From: Octopus sinensis
Lineage: Eukaryota
Direction: 5' to 3'
DNA: 64,000 nucleotides
NCBI RefSeq assembly: GCF_006345805.1
Contig: NC_043002.1
Coordinates: 76,756,001 to 76,820,000, forward strand
Shown: positions 25,633 through 39,813 of the stretch, in pieces
Position numbering within the stretch: position 1 is the stretch's first letter
Layout of the letters: each line of letters starts with the position of its first letter
Notes under the pieces: generated by a model
What the model saw: the letters and a program-made list of their open reading frames with translations, nothing else
What the model was told of the DNA's origin: nothing
The model's database searches: none
Position numbers and translations under genes: made by a program

Positions 25633-28140
25633 GCTCCTCAAATGGGTCTGCCAGATAAACAAAAAGGATTGATTTTATGATACCCTTTTTCAGACTGCCT
25701 TGATGACTAATAAAAGTGACCTTATTTTCATGGCTGATGGCCTCAGTGGGCATGTTGGACAGCATTCTGGTGGCCTTCATGGTGGTTCATGGAGGCTGGT
25801 TCCCAAAATGAGGAGGGAACAAGACTATTGGAGTTTTGTGATGAAATGACCTAATGATCTGCAACATTAACTTCTGGAAACAAGCCACTCACTTGATTAC
25901 CTATCAATTTGGTGGCCACACAAGCCAGATTGACTATGTTCTCATTAGAAAGTGGAATAAGTGGTTGCCCATAAATGGAAAGACTTTCCCAGGTGAAGAA
26001 TGTACTTCTCAATATAGGGTAGTCATTAGCAACTTCCGGCTTTGGGCTAGAAGGACTCCAAGAAGTAAACCAGTCCAGAAAAGGAAGATAGGAAACTTAA
26101 GGATCCTTTGAATAGTCAGAGATTTAGAGATGTCCTAATTGAAGCATTTGTCAAGAAAGAGGAAGAGGTACAGATATATAACATAGAAGAGAACAACTTG
26201 AAGGTACTATAGGACAGCTTACTGAAGGCCACAGACCAAATTTGTGACATGATGGTGGAACAGTGAAGTAGATAGGGTCATAAGAGCAAAGAACTATACC
26301 CAGGTAACTAGAAAAGAAACTAGGTGACAAGTATATTTACCTTGGGGAAAAGCAGAAAGGAAGAAGTTTGTCAATGTTCTGCAGTAAGAAGACCAGAGGC
26401 ATAAGGTGTTCTTATGGAATGACAATGAGTCAGAGAAAATTATGACATTGTTGGAGTAAAATGCATTCTGATGGATGATGTTACACTTGCACTCAGTAAT
26501 TCTGTAAAGAAAGAGGCATGGAAGTGCCACTATGAAGACTGTTAAATGTGGAGAATGCATGGGAAAAGAGGAGTTTTCATATTGTTGGCAACAACATGAT
26601 AGATAAAACAATAAGGGATATGAAGACAGGGAAAGCTGGCCCATCACAGATTATTGCTGAGATGCTTAAGACACCTGATGGAGTGGGATGTAGCCTGGTC
26701 ACCTTTATGTTTATTCGGGTTGTCCAGGGAAGGATCAAAGCTAACAATTGGTGTGACAGCATTCTAGTCAACTGTTACAAAGGTGATGCTTTAGACAAAT
26801 AATTACCAGGTAATGGAACAGAGTTTGGTTTTGTACCAGGAAGAACACTATTGATATTATCTTCCTAGTAAGGCAACTGCTGGAGAAGCATTTAGCCAAA
26901 AATAAACCATTGTATCTGGCACTTGTTGACATGGAGAAAACCTTTGACAGGGTCCCTCACTTCCTAATCTGGTGGTTGATGCAGAAGCTAGGGTTAGATG
27001 AGTGGTTGGTTAGAGCCATCCAAGCCACGTGCAGGAATGCTGTCAGTGAGGTGAAAGTCAGCAATGAATATAATAGCAGATTTTGTGTGCAGGTAGGTGT
27101 TCACCAAGGATCAGTTCTCAGCTCACTCTTATTTATAGCAGTCATCCAGACCATAACAGAAATTTAAAACTGGTTGCCCATGGGTGCTCCTCTATGCTGA
27201 TGACTTTGTTCTTGTAGTTGAATTTCTAGAAGAATTAAGGAAGAAATTTCAGATGTGGAAGCAAGGACTGGAATCAAAAGGTCTTAGAGTTAATTGAGCA
27301 AACATGAAAGCCAGCATGAAAGCAGACGAATTACTGATTTCTTGAGGGAAATGGCCCTGCTTAATATGTAGAAAAGGTGTAAGTAGAAATTCCATAAGGT
27401 GTATCTAGTGTAAACTATGGACACATAAGCAGTGCAGTAGGATCACAGGTGGGTTATCAGAGAAAGCAGTCTTTGTGTGTAACAGATGTGCATGAACAAT
27501 GGATACTAAGTGCATGCAAGAAATAGACTTCCTCAAATGCCCAGGGTGATCTTTAGAGGTAGTAGATAGTTTCTACTATCTAGGTGACCAAATTAACAGT
27601 GGAGGAGGATGCTCTGAGAGCATATTTGCAAGAATAAGAACCAGCTGGGCAAAATTCAGAGAATTATTATCTTTGTTGGTAACAAAAGGCCTCTCCCTCA
27701 CAGTGAAAAGCAGATTGTATGGTGCCTGTGTATGAACAGCTATGCTACATGATAGTGAAACGTAGGCTGTGAATGCAGAGGACATGCAAAGGCTTGATAG
27801 AAATGAAACCAGCATGCTTTGCTGAATGTGCAATATCAGTGTGCATGTACAACTAAGTGTAAGTGTTTTGAGAGAAAAATTATAAGACACATCAGTTGTA
27901 GTGGGCAAGAGAGAAGACTATGCTGGTAGGGTCATGTGATGAGTATGGATGAAGACAGCTGCATAAAGAAGAGCCAATCTTTAAATGTGAAGGGAACTTG
28001 TGGCTGAAGTAGACCAAGGAAGACAGGGGATGAAGTGGTAAAAAAATGATTGTCAGATGATAAGCCTCACAAATCAGATGACAAAGGACTGAGACAAATG
28101 ATGATTTTTCTGTTTTTGAGATGACCTGTCCAACTAAGTA
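25633..28140 (+). mobile_element. old RTE-clade LINE (APE end, RT, C-terminus), many stops and frameshifts
   Basis: Fragments SQIDYVLIRK...FPGEEC, MKTGKAGPS, LVDMEKTFDRVP, VGVHQGSVLS, LLYADD, RPRKT; colinear with 33978-36268. Confidence 0.9.
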
Positions 28141-28860
28141 AAATTGAGGCCCTAAAGGCATGTCCTTTATACCTATGACTCACCCCGCCATACACAATCT
28201 GTCTCTGACAAACATCTCCACAAATCCCATCTTCCTAACACCTCTCCTCCTTTTCCCACCTGTGTTCACCACTTGCTGTAGACCCCTCCCCTCAACTAGT
28301 ATTTATTCAATTATCTAAAATAATATACAGCAAATCAATCATAAATATTCATTATTTAAAATTAACATGCATTTAAACATATCATTATTCAAGATTTACT
28401 TTAACAGTAAAAAATAAACCAAGCAAATATAATAATACATACTAATATCTAATTATTAATACAATGAGAACAACATTATATTTATATACTATTAACAAGT
28501 CTCGCTTAACAAAGAAGTATATAATCTATATATCTATGCTCAAAATCTTATAATTATACATAACAATTAAGCCACCCTCCCTCAGAAACCTACCTGTACA
28601 CTGTATGTCCCCATCAAATCTCTTAGCAGCAAAAGCATTAGAATATCTTGTGATACTTAGCTAAGGCCAGCCCTTAATGCTCTGAGCTCAAATCTCAGAG
28701 ATGGAGTTTAGCAGTTTGTCTTTGACAAAAAGTGCATAAGCTCACTCCTTTCTGAATCATAAGCAACGGATATTATTTCTGTTTCTCCTGTGAAACTGTT
28801 TAAGCAAAAATATGCACCTGATAGAGGAAGGAAAACGTTGTTATATACCAATGACTAAGT

Positions 28861-29542
28861 ATCATCATCATCATAATAATAATGAAATTATTGTATACAG
28901 TGCTCAGGTACACCACAACTTGTCAAAAGTGTGTATAAAGCATGTGCAGTAATGTACAAATGTCTGGGAAGTGAACAGTGTATGAGTCAGATATATGCTT
29001 GCATGTGTATGGAGGGGAGAAAATCAGGTGTAGTGTTAGCGAATCTCTGGAAGCATGGAAGTTTTGAAGGATGCAGTGCTCCGACAACTAACAACTGATG
29101 CCGGCAGTTTGTTCCATACTCAGCAACTCTTAGAGCGAAAAAATGTTTCCGAAAGTCATGGGAGCTGTGCTGTTTTCTAACTTTGTAAACATGTCCATGG
29201 GTGTTAGACAGGTGGAGTTTGAAAAGGTGCTCAGAGTTATTGTTAGTAAGATGGTTAATAATTTTATGGGTGTCTGCCAAGTCAGCTGCCAGACGTCAGA
29301 GTTTCAATGTATCCATGCCCAGGGAAGTAAGGCATTCAGAATATGGCAAATGCCTGATGGAAGGTATTCTCTTGGCTGCACGTCGCTGAACGGTTTCCAG
29401 ATGATTAATATCTTGGGCAAGATAGGGGTTCCAGACTGGTGATGCAAATTCCAAGGGAGGCCACACCATAGTTATATAAAGCCTCAGATAGATAGCTGGA
29501 GAGCAGCTCACAAAGGACTAGGTAAGTAATGCCAAGACACCC
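28861..29542 (-). mobile_element. CR1/L2-type LINE 3' end
   Basis: PPLEFASPVWNPYLAQDINHLETVQRRAAKRIP, LPYSECL, THGHVYKVRK, RKHFFALRV motifs; (ATT/GAT)n tail. Confidence 0.8.
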
Positions 29543-30247
29543 TCATCATCATCACCGATTATACGTTTCAATTTTGTGTTTAAAAGGCACCAGTTCTATT
29601 TGCTCCCCGATTAGCTACGCTACAATGACAACCGGCTGTACTATACCATATGAGGTACGTTGGGGCACACTTTACAATTAAGATTTCATGTAACGAGCCT
29701 TTGTTAAACAGGAATAAAGTTTAAATTTATAACCATGCAACCAGTGGAGTAGTAACCTAACTTTGTAACCACTTTATTAACAGTTATTTTTTAAACTTAC
29801 ACACCACACACACACACGTATATAAATCAAAGGTAGTGCAGAAAGAACATAACAAGTGGAAATCAACAAAACACAGCATGTGGATAAATGATAGTATAAA
29901 AAAAGGCAAACAGGACAAAAACAAGATACACGTATCATTCGCAGCCTATTTTCTCTCCAGATGTAGTTTCACGCTTGGCTCTAGATATATCAACGCCGAA
30001 AGAATTAACGCTAATCTCATCATGGTGGAATTTGAACTCAGAAAGTAATGTGCCAAAACTAAATGCCGCTAGTATTTTTTTTCCCCAACGCGTTCGTAAT
30101 TCTGACAATCTGCTTTTAAAAATATAATTTGAAGTCACCGCTTTTATATTCAAGGGTCGATACTCTTCCTAAATTAATAAGATTTATCTCCCTTATAACA
30201 GACAACCAGATGAATAACGAATATTTTTCTAGTGAAAAATATTATAT

Positions 30248-30627
30248 TCTTTTACTTGTTTCAGTTATTTGACTGTGTTCATACTCGAGCAAATCGACCA
30301 AGTACTTATTCTATCAGTCTTTTTTGCCGAACCGCTAAGTTAAGGGGACGTAAACACACCAGCATCGGTTGTCAAGCGATGTTGCGGGGAGGGGGGGACA
30401 AACACAGACAACAAACTTATACACACTTATATGACGGCCTTCTTTCAGTTTCCGTCTACCAAATCCACTCACAAGGCTTTGGTCGGCTTGAGGCTATAGT
30501 AGAAAACACTTGCCCAAGGTGGCAAGTGTTCAGGGTTCAGTCCCATTGCGTGGGACTGCGTGGGACTGAACCCGGAACCATGTGGTTCATAAACAAGCTA
30601 CTTACCACACAGCCACTCCTACGCCTA
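30248..30627 (-). mobile_element. SINE family A
   Basis: Reverse complement of the 12252 copy. Confidence 0.85.
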
Positions 30628-31248
30628 TATAAGAATAATGTTCGTTATAAGAATAATGTTATAAGAAAAATTTCTGTTATGTAATAGAATAAAAGCATGA
30701 ATTGATATTGAATTTACAAAAATAAATAGATAAATAAATAAAAAAACAAAATTGGATTAATTGAAATGATATTTATTATTGATGTCTATTTTATACACTT
30801 CAGAGGGATAAAACACAATGTCGACCCAGAAAAATATGAACTCTGAGCTAGATAGCATTAGACACTGAACTAGAGAACATAAAGTGAGAAATTTGGCCTT
30901 TTATCCCAGCCCTAACTCCTTCATTCTGACATTATGAAATGACGTCAGGTTGAGAGTTGGAGCACAATGACAAATTTTTAGTCAATGAGTTTCAAGTCAG
31001 TTTTTGCATTGCGTTGACTTATTTATTTATTTATTTATTTATTTTGTATCTTGTTTTTTCAACTTTATTTGTTTCAACCATTAGATTGCAAACACGCTGG
31101 GGCACCACCTTGAAGGGTTTTAGTGGAATAAATCGCTCCACAAAACTACTTCTAGTTTTATGTCTGGTACCTTTTCATCGATCTCATCCATCTGTCTGTC
31201 AGTTTCTCTCTCTCTCTTTCTCTCTATCATCCTCTCTCTCTCTCTATT

Positions 31249-31280
<32 letters not shown>

Positions 31281-31588
31281 ATATAATATATATATATATA
31301 TTATATATATGGACTAAAACTGAAAGAGGCTCGACCTGTGTGTGTGTATGTTTGTGTTTGTATTCATTCCCCACCACTGCTTGACAACCGAAGTTGCTTT
31401 GTTTACATTACCGTAACTTAGTAGTCCAATATAAGAGACTGATTGAGTAAGTACCAGGCACAAACAGAGAAAAAATATACATACACGTGTGTGCACATGC
31501 CAAGACAACTAAATTCACTGACAAAGAATTAGTGTGGATTGCTAAGGGTGAAGAAAAATGATTTCTTTCATAACTTAATTGAAATATT

Positions 31589-31802
31589 CTTTTCTACTCT
31601 AGGCACAAGGCCTGAAATTTTTTGGGAGGGGGCCAGTCAATTAGATCGACCCCAGTACATAATTGGTATGTAACTTATTGGCCCCGAAAGGATGAAAGGC
31701 GAAGTCGACCTTGGTGGAATTTGAACTCAGAACATAAAGACAGATGAAATACTGCTAAGCATTTTGCCTGGCATGCAAATATTTCTATCAGCTTGCCACC
31801 CT
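31589..31802 (-). mobile_element. SINE family B
   Basis: Same body and tail as 6532; a further diverged copy follows at ~31870-32045. Confidence 0.75.
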
Positions 31803-32660
31803 AACTTAATAGAAATATTACCAAAACACTTCAGTTATTTAGTTGGACCAATAAATACTGATCAATAATACTGATTTCTAACACCAGAGCAAGGCCTGAA
31901 ATTTTAAAAGGAGTGTACAGTCAAATGGACTGATTACAACATTTGATTAGTATTTTTTTATTATTAACTCTAGAAAGCCAAACGATACAGTTGGCCTCAA
32001 TGAGATTTGAACTCAGAATGTACCAGGCAATAACTAAATATGGCAAGATTTTGTTTTCTGATTCTGCCAATCCAAATGACACTAAGCAGCTGATGGGCTC
32101 CAATTTGGTACATATACTGCGGAAAATCCAGAACGGAGACAACTGGGTTATAAAATTTGTAGTAAGTTAGCTAACAATAATGTTTTCTACCCAAGAAGAA
32201 TAAGTAACCCAGGGATAGCAGTGGTGTTAAGAAATTCTCCATGCAACAACAGGGTTTAATGTTCAGTCTACTGTGTGTGAGCTTTCTGGGTGAAAGTTAA
32301 TATATGGAAATTGTGTGAAAGCCTACTGGAAGGACCTTTCTCATTTTTCTTTTGTAGACTTCTTTGTTTTTTGGTAGAGGTAATGTGTTGCTTGGTTTAG
32401 TACAATCATTTGGCACTTGAGTGTCTTTTCCAGAGAATATTCAGTTACAAATACTAGGGCATCATAGACACCGACTTACTTCCTTCTACTCAATCATTAA
32501 AAAGGAAAAAGGGAAATGAGCAAAATATTGATTAGGGGTACAAATTTTAAAGACTCTAAAGTTGAAAGTTCTATTACTACTAGAAATAAAAAGATTTTGT
32601 CACTGTTCAAAGACAAAAAAACCTTGTAAAATAAAAATGAGAGGTAAATATATCTCCATA

Positions 32661-33076
32661 GAAGCAGGTGTGACTGTGTGGTAAGAAGCTTGCTTCCCAA
32701 CCACATGGTTCTGGGTTCAGTTCCACTGCGTGACACATTGAACAAGTTTCTTCTACTGTAGCCTCATGCCGACCAAAGCCTTGTGAGTGGATCTGGTAGA
32801 TGGAAACTGGAAGAAGCCCATCGTATATATATATATATATGTATGTATGTATATATTTATGTGTGCGTGTCTTTGTGTTTGTCTTCCCCACTGATGTTGG
32901 TGTGTTTATGTCCCCGTAACTTAGCAGTTTGGTAAAAGAGTCCAATAGAATAAATACCAAGCTTACAAAGAATAAGTCCTGGGGTCGATTTGTTCGACTA
33001 AAGATAAGGCGGTGCTCCAGCATGGTTGAAGTCAAATGACTGAAATAAATGAAAGAATAAAAAAATAAAAGAATAA
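32661..33076 (+). mobile_element. SINE family A, full length
   Basis: Head, core, internal microsatellite and tail as at 12252. Confidence 0.85.
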
Positions 33077-33977
33077 AGCTTTGACAGGTGTAAGCAACTT
33101 ATTAATAATCATTGATAATGAATTCAATTGTTTGTTTATTTTTATCAAAATTAATGAGTTCCAAACATGCTTAAGATATTGCAACACCTTCTGCTTAATG
33201 TTATCAGTCAGTTATTGTTACCTAAAAAACTTCATGCCAATGTGATCATGATAAGTAGCTTCTACTGTATTTAGTTGTTGTTTAGTCCTACTCAAACATG
33301 ATCAAGCATACTTTTGATTAAAAGCATTCCAGCTTTGACCATCCCATCTTTTGAAGGTTATCTTGGTCTGCATTACCTAATGTGTTCTAATTTTTAAGAT
33401 GGTAAGATTTAGAGAAACAATGTAAAGGCACCCTTGACATTAAACATAAAAAGATAGATATTCACTTGAATACGAAACAAGTCTATCACAGGTAACAAGT
33501 TCTAAAATATTTGATCTTATGTCCATTTTCTGGACATAAGATAAAATAAGAACAATGACATATGAGTGAAGAATATTTATAGTGAATGTGTTTACTTGGC
33601 AAGGCAAAAAATAAAAATAAAAACGACCATCCTCAAATATAACATGATATATTTTTTGTAGCTGGGAAAAATGATTTGCTCAATTGATTTTAGTTTTGGT
33701 TAACTTAAAAGTGTATACAACTATGTGAAGGAAGTTAATATGTGGCAGAAAGCCAACCTGTTGAGTCAATTCTTTCCTTTTCATCAGTTTAGAACAGGCA
33801 TAGCTATGTGGTTAAGATGTTCACTTCAGAATTATGTGGTTTTGAATTTGATTTCATTGTAAAGGATCAAAGCTTTTAGGGTGAAATTTGGTAGACAGAA
33901 ACTGTGCAGAAGCCTGTTGGTGGAAGGAACCATTTCTGTTCTTAGGTACAAGATTTAATACATTAACCTGTGTAATA

Positions 33978-36268
33978 TTATCTCCTGGCCTTTGATGCCT
34001 TTATTGGAGCCCATTCTGTTGCCAGCATCCGGACTAGATTTCTACTCAGAAGATAACTTCCTCCCAGCTCTCTGAACTTTGCCCAGGCTATTCTTACTCT
34101 AGCAGTTACACTTTCGACACCCCCACCCCCACTACTGACTTGATCACCTAGGTAACGGAAACTATCAACTATTTCTAGTTTTTCTCCCTGGAATGTGGTG
34201 GAAGATGGTCTCTGCGCATTTTCAGTGTTTATTGCACCAGAGCATCTGCCACATACAAAAACTATATTCCTAGTTAGCCTTCCTTTGACATTGCTGCACC
34301 TCTTATGTGTCCATAGCTTACACTTGGTGCATCTTATAGAGTTCCTACCTACGCCTTTTCTACAGATCGAGCAGGGCCATCTACCTGAAGGCGTTTGAGA
34401 TTTGTCTACCTTCCTACTTATTAGAACTTTGGTTTTAGCTAGATTGACTCTGAGGCCCTTTGATTCTAATCCTTGCTTCCAAACCTGAAACTTCTCCTCA
34501 AGTTCTGATAGTGATTCAGCAATTAGAGCAAGGTCATCAGCATAGAGGAGCTCCCAGGGGCATCCTGTCTTGAATTCCTCTGTTATTGCCTGGAGGACTA
34601 TGATAAATAGGAGGGGGCTGAGGACTGAGCCTTGGTGGACCCCAACCTCTACCCGGAATTCTTCACTGTACACGTTGCCAACCCTCACCTTACTAACAGC
34701 GTCCCTGTACATGGCATGCACAGCTCTCACTAACCATTCATCTATCCCTAGTTTCCTCATTGACTACCAGATAAGGGAACGGGGGACCCTGTCAAAGGCT
34801 TTCTCCAAGTCAACGAAAGTCAGGAACAGAGTTTTATCTTTGGCTAGGTATTTCTCCTGCAGCTGTCTCACAAGAAATATGGCATCGGTGGTGCTTTTAC
34901 CTGGCACGAAACCAAACTGCATCTCGTCCAGGTTGACTCTCTCTCTAATCAGTTGGGCTATGACTCTTTCCATAACCTTCATTACTTGATCCAACAGCTT
35001 GATACCTCTGTAATTATTTGTATCTAGGGCGTCACCTTTACCTTTGTAGCAGTTGACTATTATGCTACTACACCAGTTATTGGGTATGACTCCTTCGTGT
35101 ATCACCTGGTTAACTATACGGGTGACTAGGCTATAGCCGACACTGCTAGATATTTTGAGCATCTCAGCAGTAATTCCTGATGGGCCTGGGGCTTTCCCTG
35201 TCTTCATGCTTCTAATTGCCTTAACTACCATGGAACTGTCAACTTGGATAGCTGGTCCCTCTATTGGGTCGACATTCGGCAGACTCTCTTTATCCCATTC
35301 ATTCTCTTTGTTGAGCAACCTTTCATAGTGGCATCTCCAAACCTCTCTCTTTGCATCCTCATTTAGCACAAGTGAACCATCATCCATGTGAACACATTTC
35401 TCTCCTACCACATCACAATTCTCTCTCACACACTGTCTTGCAACACGAAACACCTCAAGTCTTTGGTCCTCACAGCGCAGAACATTGGCAAATTTTTTCT
35501 TATCTGCTTCCCCTCTGGCTAAATATACCTGTCTCCTAGCTTCTCTTTTCGCAGTCTGATACAATTCCCTACTACCACCATTCCTCCAGTCCTTCCAAGC
35601 CTGTCTTTTGCCTCTAATAGCCCTGTCTACAACATTGTTCCACCACCACGTTACCCTGGGATGAGATGGGACTTTGCTCCATCCACAGATCTGGTCAGTG
35701 GCACTCAGCAGATTGTCCCGTAGAAACCTCCAGTTGGTTTCCACATTATGTGATGCCATATCCCCTTCTATTTCGTCGAAAGCTTCAAGTAGGACTTCTC
35801 TAAATCTCTGTCCATTTACAGGATCTTTAAGTTTCCAGACCCTTCTCCTCCAAGCTGGTCTTTTTCTGGGCAGCCATTTGGCCCTGATCCAGAAGTCGCT
35901 AACTACTAATCTATGTTGAGGAGTACATTCCTCGCCTGGAAAGGTTTTGGCATTTATAAGTAGCCCTCTTTCCCTCTTTCTGGCGAGGATGTAGTCGATC
36001 TGGCTAGTGTGTCTGCCAGAACGGTAGGTGACTAGGTGAGAGGTGGGTTTCCTGAAGTTGGTATTGCAAATCATAAGGTCATTTGCATCGCAGAACTCCA
36101 GCAGCCTGGTTCCCTCCTCATTGCGAGAACCATAACCGTAGCCCCCGTGTATGCCATGGAAGCCCCCGACATGCCGTCCAACATGTCCATTGAAGTCACC
36201 TGCCACGAAGAGAAGGTCACTGTCATTTGTCAACGGGGTAGTCTGTAATAGGGTGTCATAGAATCGGT
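33978..36268 (-). mobile_element. young RTE-clade LINE fragment (APE C-terminus, RT, Cys-rich domain), truncated at both ends
   Basis: ORFs 34764-36233 (GDFNGHVG, QIDYIL, NYRGIKLL, QFGF, DLEKAFDRVP) and 33978-34760 (GVHQGSVLSPLLF, YADD, CSICRKGVG) are in the same frame, separated by one TAG. Confidence 0.93.
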
Positions 36269-38056
36269 ATTAAATGAGAAAAAATTGAAAATTGTGGCAT
36301 GTCTTTTCCCTACAAATATCAGTGATGTGAAATATATCTAAAATTGGATTGTAGGCATGGATTATCAAAAACTGGTGACTGTACTACAATGTCTGCCACA
36401 AGTTGTACAGAATTAAGATTTCTCTATTTGCTATTATACTAATTGTTGAAAGAGTATGTGACCCCCGCAGTAAATCACAAAGTCACTTTCAATCAAATTT
36501 AAATTGGAAAAGGAAAGAGATGAAGCTAAAAACTGAAAAGTATTTACAAATGGATATATAGACTCATATGTGTACAGATTTAGTTTTGTTGTGTTACTAA
36601 GGCCCATGAGTTTCTGCCTGGACATGTATTTTATTTACAATTCAATAATTAGCTTTTTACTATCACCAAAGGAAGAGGTGAATAAATTCTGATGAATTGT
36701 AAATAACAATGCAATTCATTGATTCGATCCTTATCCTAAGCTACCACATGGGTCTAATTTCATGGGTCTAATTTCACAGCTTGGCTGTGAAGTATGATCC
36801 TGTATATTTGTAAATTCCTAACTCATGTCCTACTGATGCTCTGATAATTCTGCAATGTATTTAGTTCTAGTACACCATTATCTCAGCTGTCTTAATTTCT
36901 CAAAGTACTCATAAAACAATGAGAACTTTCATATTAAGTTTCATTGTCCCGTAAATAGCATATGGGTCGGTGATATTTAGACTCTTGCATTTCACCCACA
37001 AATATCTACAGCAGAGAGCCAATACAGAAGATTTTGGACGGTCTGAAAATATTCACAAAAGAAAAAAACTTTACTTTATTCCTGCAATGATAACTGAATA
37101 AAAATAAATAAATAAAAAAACAAATTGTAATCACTATGCTTGAAACTGAATATAATTATCAGACTAATATCTGGAACAGAAGAAAAATTCCAAAAAAGAG
37201 CGAGAGAAATCTGAACAAGGGAGGTAACTCTTATTGGCTAGGACATGGAGTAAATCCTATTTCTTTAGAATTTATAAACATTAAAGAAATTCTTTTTATG
37301 AAATTGGAGAATGAATGATTTTGTTTGACGCTTCTGCTTTTTCAAAGAGAGTACGTGAAATAAAATCCAGTTTCAGTTGAGAATTGAAAGTGGGTAGTTG
37401 AGGCCAAAAAAATTAGTTTACCTTTAGTTTACAGTTAAACCTACTACGTATTGTGATTGAAAAAAATTTAATACTTTGTACGGTGATATGGAAAGAAATA
37501 TTTTTGCTGGGGTAAATGAGCCTTGTAGTACTTCAAGAACGTTTCAGCAAACAACGTTTGAGATCCAGGTATACCTTTCCATTCTAGCATGGGTTAGACA
37601 GGGTTTTCTAAAGCTCTGTTTTATGGTCAGATATCTTTGTTGTTGACACCCACTTTTAGCCAACTCTTATGACACACAAGGATGCAGTGTATCTGTTCTG
37701 AAATTATGATACAAACAGCAATACATCGCATATATTACTACTAAATATTTTGGTAATTACTGAAGCAAATGTCCCAGTACATGTGATAATTACCAGCCAG
37801 TAAGTACGTTTGTGTAATTGTCGTATGTGCATTAATTATTAAATGCTATTTTTCAAAAAAATGTTAGTATTTCAAAACACAAACCTTTATTATTTGACAT
37901 GTTAAATAATTTCCATCGACTTTTAGGTATTTAGTTATGTCGTATCAATATTGGAACAGTTATTTCGGAGATAACTTTTAATTTATCAATGATTTGGATT
38001 GAATGATAAACAGTAAAATTGACCAAGTGAACTTTAAACTTAGAACAGAGGTATAA

Positions 38057-38110
<54 letters not shown>

Positions 38111-38618
38111 AATCAAGGAAGTGTAGAATTCTCCTTGCTTCTATTCATTCTTTTAGTCACTGATGAGCATTCAGATATGTATGTTTATAATTTTTCTTTT
38201 CTCAATGTTAGACTTACCCAACTAGAAATAACAGATAATTAGCTTCCACATCATACCTTACCATCTTAAAAAAATAGTGAAGGACACACTGGACAATGTA
38301 GTTCTAGATATACTATGCCTGGAAAAAAAAAATAAACAAGACAGTATGACTGGATTTCTTTTAATCACAGATCACTCAAAAACTATCCTGGAGTGGGTAC
38401 GCAATCAATAACAACAGCAATAAAAGCAACATTAATTTCTTCAATATTTGCCATTTGAAATTTGTGTTTAAGAAATTCTTTGATAAGCAGTAAATAAGTG
38501 TCCAGTTTGTTTCATCCAGTCTGATTCATCATGTTCATGTCAAGTCATGTATTGTCTGAAAAATAAATGTCCAACACTTTTACTTCAAAGTAGTTATTAT
38601 GAATATCTAAAGATTAAT

Positions 38619-38890
38619 AGGTGCAGGTGTGGTTGCATGGTAAGAAGCTTGTTTCCCAACCACATGGTTCTGGGTTCAATCCCACTGTGTTCACATTGGG
38701 CAAATATCTTCTGCTATGGCTTTAGATCAACAAAAACCTCTTGTGTGGATTTGGTAGTGGATAACTGAAAGAGGCCTGTCGTACATACGTACGTACGTAT
38801 GTATGTATGTATGTATGTATGTATGTATGTATGTATGTGTGTATGTATGTATGTGTGTATGTGTGTATGTGTGTGTGTGTGTGTGTGTGC
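38619..38890 (+). mobile_element. SINE family A 5' half ending in (TATG)n(TG)n
   Basis: Head and core match 32661. Confidence 0.75.
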
Positions 38891-39102
38891 ATGATTTTTC
38901 TTTGAGTTGAATCTAAGTTCTATGTATGTATGTATGCATGTTATTATTCAGTTTTATGTCAAGATTTCTTGCCAGTAGAGAAAGAACCAGTTTCTGACCT
39001 AGAACCAAGATTCCTTCATTAGAATTTCAACAACATCAACAAGGTATTTTTATATGTATTGTACATGTGCAGATTTGTATGTTTTCTTTTATGCATGTAT
39101 TC

Positions 39103-39712
39103 TCATCATCACCATCATCATTTAACGTCCATTGTTCATGCTAGCATGGTTTGGACAGTTTGACTAGGCTGGCACACTGGAAGGCTACTCCAAACTCCAG
39201 TTTGCTCCAAGAGTGTAATGGGTGTGCTTTACGTGCCACCAGTATGGGTGTCATTTGCATGACACCAGTACCAATTTGTGTGACATCGTGTCTGCCATGA
39301 CTATGATTTTGCTTGGCTTGATGGGTCTTCTTCTCAAGCATGACATAATGCCAAAGGTCTTGATCATTGCCTCTGTGAGGCCCAATGCTCAAAAGGAACT
39401 CAGCCATCTTGCCTCCGCGAGACCCAACACTTGAAAGGAATTCATCCACTTTGCCTCCATGAGGCCCAATGCTCAAAAAGAACTCAGCCACCTTGCCTCC
39501 ATGAGGCCCAACACTTGAAAAGAATTCAGTCACTTTGCCTCCGTGAGGCCCAATGCTCAAAAGGTACTCAGTCACCTTGCCTCCATGAGGCCCAATACTT
39601 GAAAGGAACTCAGCAACCTTACCTCCATGAGGCCCAACACTTGAAAAGAACTCAGCCATTTTGCCTCCATGAGGCCCAATGCACAAAAGGAACTTAGCCA
39701 CTTTGCCTCCAT
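39103..39712 (-). mobile_element. RTE 3' end with family C tail and a 42-bp minisatellite derived from the ORF end
   Basis: (GAT)n tail at ~39103-39121; DLWHYVMLEKKT matches the RTE C-terminus; 8.3 units of ttgcctccatgaggcccaa...ag.cac at 39365-39712. Confidence 0.8.
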
Positions 39713-39813
39713 AGTAAAAAAAAATTCTGTCCTACTCATGCAAGCATGGAAAAGTTTTTTTTTTCAGCTATTCTTTCTTCATCTCTCTTATTTGTTGGCA
39801 CTATTAACCAACT

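Noticed and set aside
39141-39701. 186-aa repeat ORF as a host gene, or the 42-bp array as a CRISPR
   Set aside because: It derives from an RTE end; the units are contiguous with no unique spacers, the DNA is eukaryotic and no cas genes are present.
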